Positions 61,076 through 64,000 of a DNA stretch of 64,000 nucleotides are shown here, in pieces. Under the pieces are notes generated by a model. It was not told the origin of the DNA, made no database searches, and was given only the letters and a program-made list of their open reading frames with translations. Numbering within the stretch: position 1 is the first letter of the stretch; the number at the start of each line of letters is the position of its first letter. Made by a program: the position numbers and the translations under genes. The DNA comes from Macrostomum lignano (lineage: Eukaryota), in the NCBI GenBank assembly GCA_002269645.1, contig NIVC01000445.1:62001-126000 (forward strand), written 5' to 3'.

Positions 61076-63726
61076 ACCCAAGGGACATAGAGAAATGTAG
61101 AGGCAAGAGGCCAAAGTTTGCCTATGTATAGGCCTTAGACAGATATTGCTTGTCATTCCATGGCAACATCAACCAAGATGATCAATAATACACCTCAAAT
61201 CTTAATTTACTACAAATTTACTCCAATTTTTATTTACCTCTATTCTAACAATTAACAGGATTTTGTTGGAGTATGACTTCAGATTTAAAATTATTGTTCC
61301 AAGGATTGGAACTCAGTAGGTTCAAAATCTGTAGGTTAGAATAGTTTAAAGTTTAAATGTAACAAATGAGTGATGTATGTTTAGGTCCATGTTGTTACCT
61401 GCAGATTTACCAAATTACCAAATTAAATCTCCTTTATTTTGGCATTAGTCAAATAGTCTCCTTTATTTTACTTTTTCAAAATGTGCAAGCACCCTGTAAT
61501 AATAACATATTATCTTTAACTAAAAATCTTGATTGGCTAAATTCCAACTACAATTATATTATCTTCTGTTGAATTTCTTATTAAATTAATCGGTAGCTAG
61601 GCATAGTTAAAGAGAGTTGGTCATTATGAAGTAAATTATATACTATAATATATAATTATTCTTTTGGATTTAAGAATGAAGCCTTTTTAATTGGTTTATA
61701 TATTTTGAAATTTTCATAGGCTATGCATATAGTGCTAGCTGACTAGGCTAGGCCTATAAAATTAAAGTTATGTTTTTTGTCTTGAATAAAATAGTCCTAA
61801 CTATATTGTAAGAAACAAAGAATATTCTAGGCCTTATAATATTATATTAATATTAATATAGCCTATAAGCTATTATAGAAAATTCTTATTAAATAATTGA
61901 TTCAAGCCTACTTTTAACCAAGAGTTATTATTGAAGATAAACAAGGAAAAAATGAAGAGAAAAATAATTCAAAGAAACAAACATGAAATGGACAAACCAA
62001 AACATGGCACAAATGCATAAAAGATTGAGTATATAGTTATAAAATTAAGTCACTTTTGAAGTATTTGGGTTTTGGTGGTTTCTAGTTTGTCTCGGGTGGC
62101 CTAGCCGTAGGTCTTGGAATCCCACCGCTGCCACCAATGAAGTATTTGTCTATTTTGCTTCCCACTCAGGCACTAGAGCTGCCAACCTTGGGCTCTTGGT
62201 AGACTCTCCCAGGAAGCCTCCTAGCAGTTCTTAGTAGCGTTGGTAGTGCTGCCACCAGCTCGCTCGGATCTTGTCCTTTGGTGAGGGAGACTCTAGGCCG
62301 AGCAAAATAAACAAGACACAAGAACTCAGCATGCCGTGCAGATTTGACAGTTCGTACCAGTGCACACCTCGTCAGCAATCCTGCCAGGCTCAAGTGTGGG
62401 GACGAGAAGCTGCGCTAGTTTTTGTTAGTTCTGTCGGGAGTTTCGCACTCACTCACAGGCACACAGTCGAAGATAGATCAGAAGTCAAGTAAGTTGGCGG
62501 AGGCCTAGCGCAAGCTGCGCTGGACTTTCAAGAGAGCGGTTATCAGAGCGCTAGCAGAGAGAAGGATTAACAGTAGGGTTGACAGAAAGGTTGCCAAACA
62601 GAGGCACAAGAGGCCCGTACTTATAGGATAGCGGGTCGATTTCACCATATAGTGAAAGCCTCCCCATTGCGCCAGAGTACGCAAGGCTGCTCTCACTGCC
62701 CCCCAATCTGGTATGATTCAGTTCTATTTTTAGAAACAGGCGTGGAACCCTCAATTTGAGAGGCAAGGACGCCATTCCTAATTTAGAGCCTGACACCCGA
62801 GATTGCACAAGGGAGCACAAAAGGACAGAGCGCCTGAGGCATGTGATCCGCTTCGGTATGGCCAGACAGAGAGAGTACAGCCAGAACTGGCTGGACTCGA
62901 GCCAAGAGAACGCAGCCACACAAAAAGGGGGGGGGGATGGAGACAGACAAAGAATGAAACAAGGACAGGCTGAGCAGAGAAGCTCAGACACAGGGAACGC
63001 AAACAAACCGGAAAAGGGGGGAACAAGGGGGAATGCAGGCAGACAAAAGGACAACAGGGAAGAAGAGGGAAAGAGAGGGAGAGAGGGAGAGCTGAGGCCA
63101 GCGGCAGCCAGCAGCTCAGAAGGGCGCAGGGCACAGCTGACAAAGGGGGCACCTAACACTAAACTAGTGCTCACTTCACTTTGGTCAAAACCAAGTCATA
63201 TGGCTAGTGGAATTTCTAACATTGTATCTATATACTTAAAATAGAATTCAAAGTCTAGCATTCTCTATTTTAAATTATGCTTGATTAGCAACTAGTCTTA
63301 AACCACCAAGGTCCAAAGTCACTGCAATTTAATAGCTTTTTTCATTTAAATTTAAAATTTACTTTGACTTTTAATTTAAAATAGAAAAATATATATTTAA
63401 AACCAAAATATATTATATAGATAGAACCAAAAGTTTTAAGTTCTGTTTGTGGCATAGTGGGATTCAATTTTGAACTATTATATAAAGAAATCAAAATAAT
63501 TCAAAAAAAAGTTGCATGATCCAAGTCTATAAAACAGAAACTTTAGTCAAAAACTTCTACTACTATGTATCATTTCCTTTATTTAAGACAAAAATATATT
63601 TGACTTTTGAATTTGCCTAGGTTTTGATGCTTATAAAAATTTTGTTTTTGCACCTTTAGCTTGTAAAATGGTACTCAACTATTAATTTAAAAAACCATGA
63701 TTTCATGGCTAGTCAAACAGCTTTGC

Positions 63727-64000
63727 ATGGAGAATGAAGCAACGGCAGCAACTGTGCCAGTACAGTCTGCTCTGACCAGTGACTGCTCTAGAGACAAAAG
63801 CAGCAGCAGTAGCAGTACCAGCAGCATCATCAACAGTGGCATTACCATGCCATTGGTACATGCATTGGCTGACAAGCAATCAGATGTCGACCTGCTAGGC
63901 AAGGAGGAGCGCTGTATGCAGTGGTCCTATGCTGAACGATTACGCTGGATGTGGTGCCTGTTCGCTGGCCAGGCTGCTCTTTTTATCGCCCGCACTGTGA
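63727..64000 (+). CDS. SLC17A9: 5' end of an SLC17/MFS transporter, SLC17A9 (vesicular nucleotide transporter)-like; runs off the window
   Basis: Open frame from ATG 63727 to the window end (91 codons), absent from the ORF track because it has no stop. QWSYAERLRWMWCLFAGQAALFIART resembles the SLC17A9 TM1 region as I recall it (QWS..E...W...L..G...L..AR). Confidence 0.65.
   Translation, partial: MENEATAATVPVQSALTSDCSRDKSSSSSSTSSIINSGITMPLVHALADKQSDVDLLGKEERCMQWSYAERLRWMWCLFAGQAALFIARTV

Noticed and set aside
62500-63244. 162-aa and 207-aa ORFs; GTLNLRG as a LINE endonuclease start
   Set aside because: Only one weak motif; remaining APE catalytic motifs not found; partly low-complexity.

Overview
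Eukaryotic (animal) genomic DNA; GC-rich, poly-Q/poly-A-rich exons, 70-120 nt minimal introns and dense minisatellites suggest a free-living flatworm such as Macrostomum (inference, not verified). I can build five protein-coding genes by hand. Two are 4-exon GCM (glial cells missing) transcription-factor paralogues in convergent inverted orientation (15903-18423 +, 34512-28097 -). The others are a 3-exon secreted PAN/apple-Thr-rich-C-type-lectin gene (47484-44263 -), a 12-exon RSPH10B radial-spoke MORN-repeat gene (57872-48920 -) and the 5' end of an SLC17A9-like MFS transporter (63727 to window end, +). About a third of the window is tandem arrays (>30 arrays, almost all with different units); most long ORFs in the supplied track are read-throughs of these arrays. 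Also present: a 2.3-2.5 kb tandem segmental duplication, three tRNA-derived SINE-like copies, a decayed Penelope-like RT, and a small foldback element. The most interesting signals are: (1) the GCM pair is ~98% identical only across the DNA-binding domain, as expected from gene conversion between inverted arms, and could swap C-termini by inversion; (2) a cluster of GCM binding sites lies upstream of one paralogue; (3) almost every long intron is filled by its own private minisatellite; (4) one such array is ~60 copies of the gene's own 5' splice site. No rRNA, intact tRNA or CRISPR array was found. All alignments and counts were done by eye.
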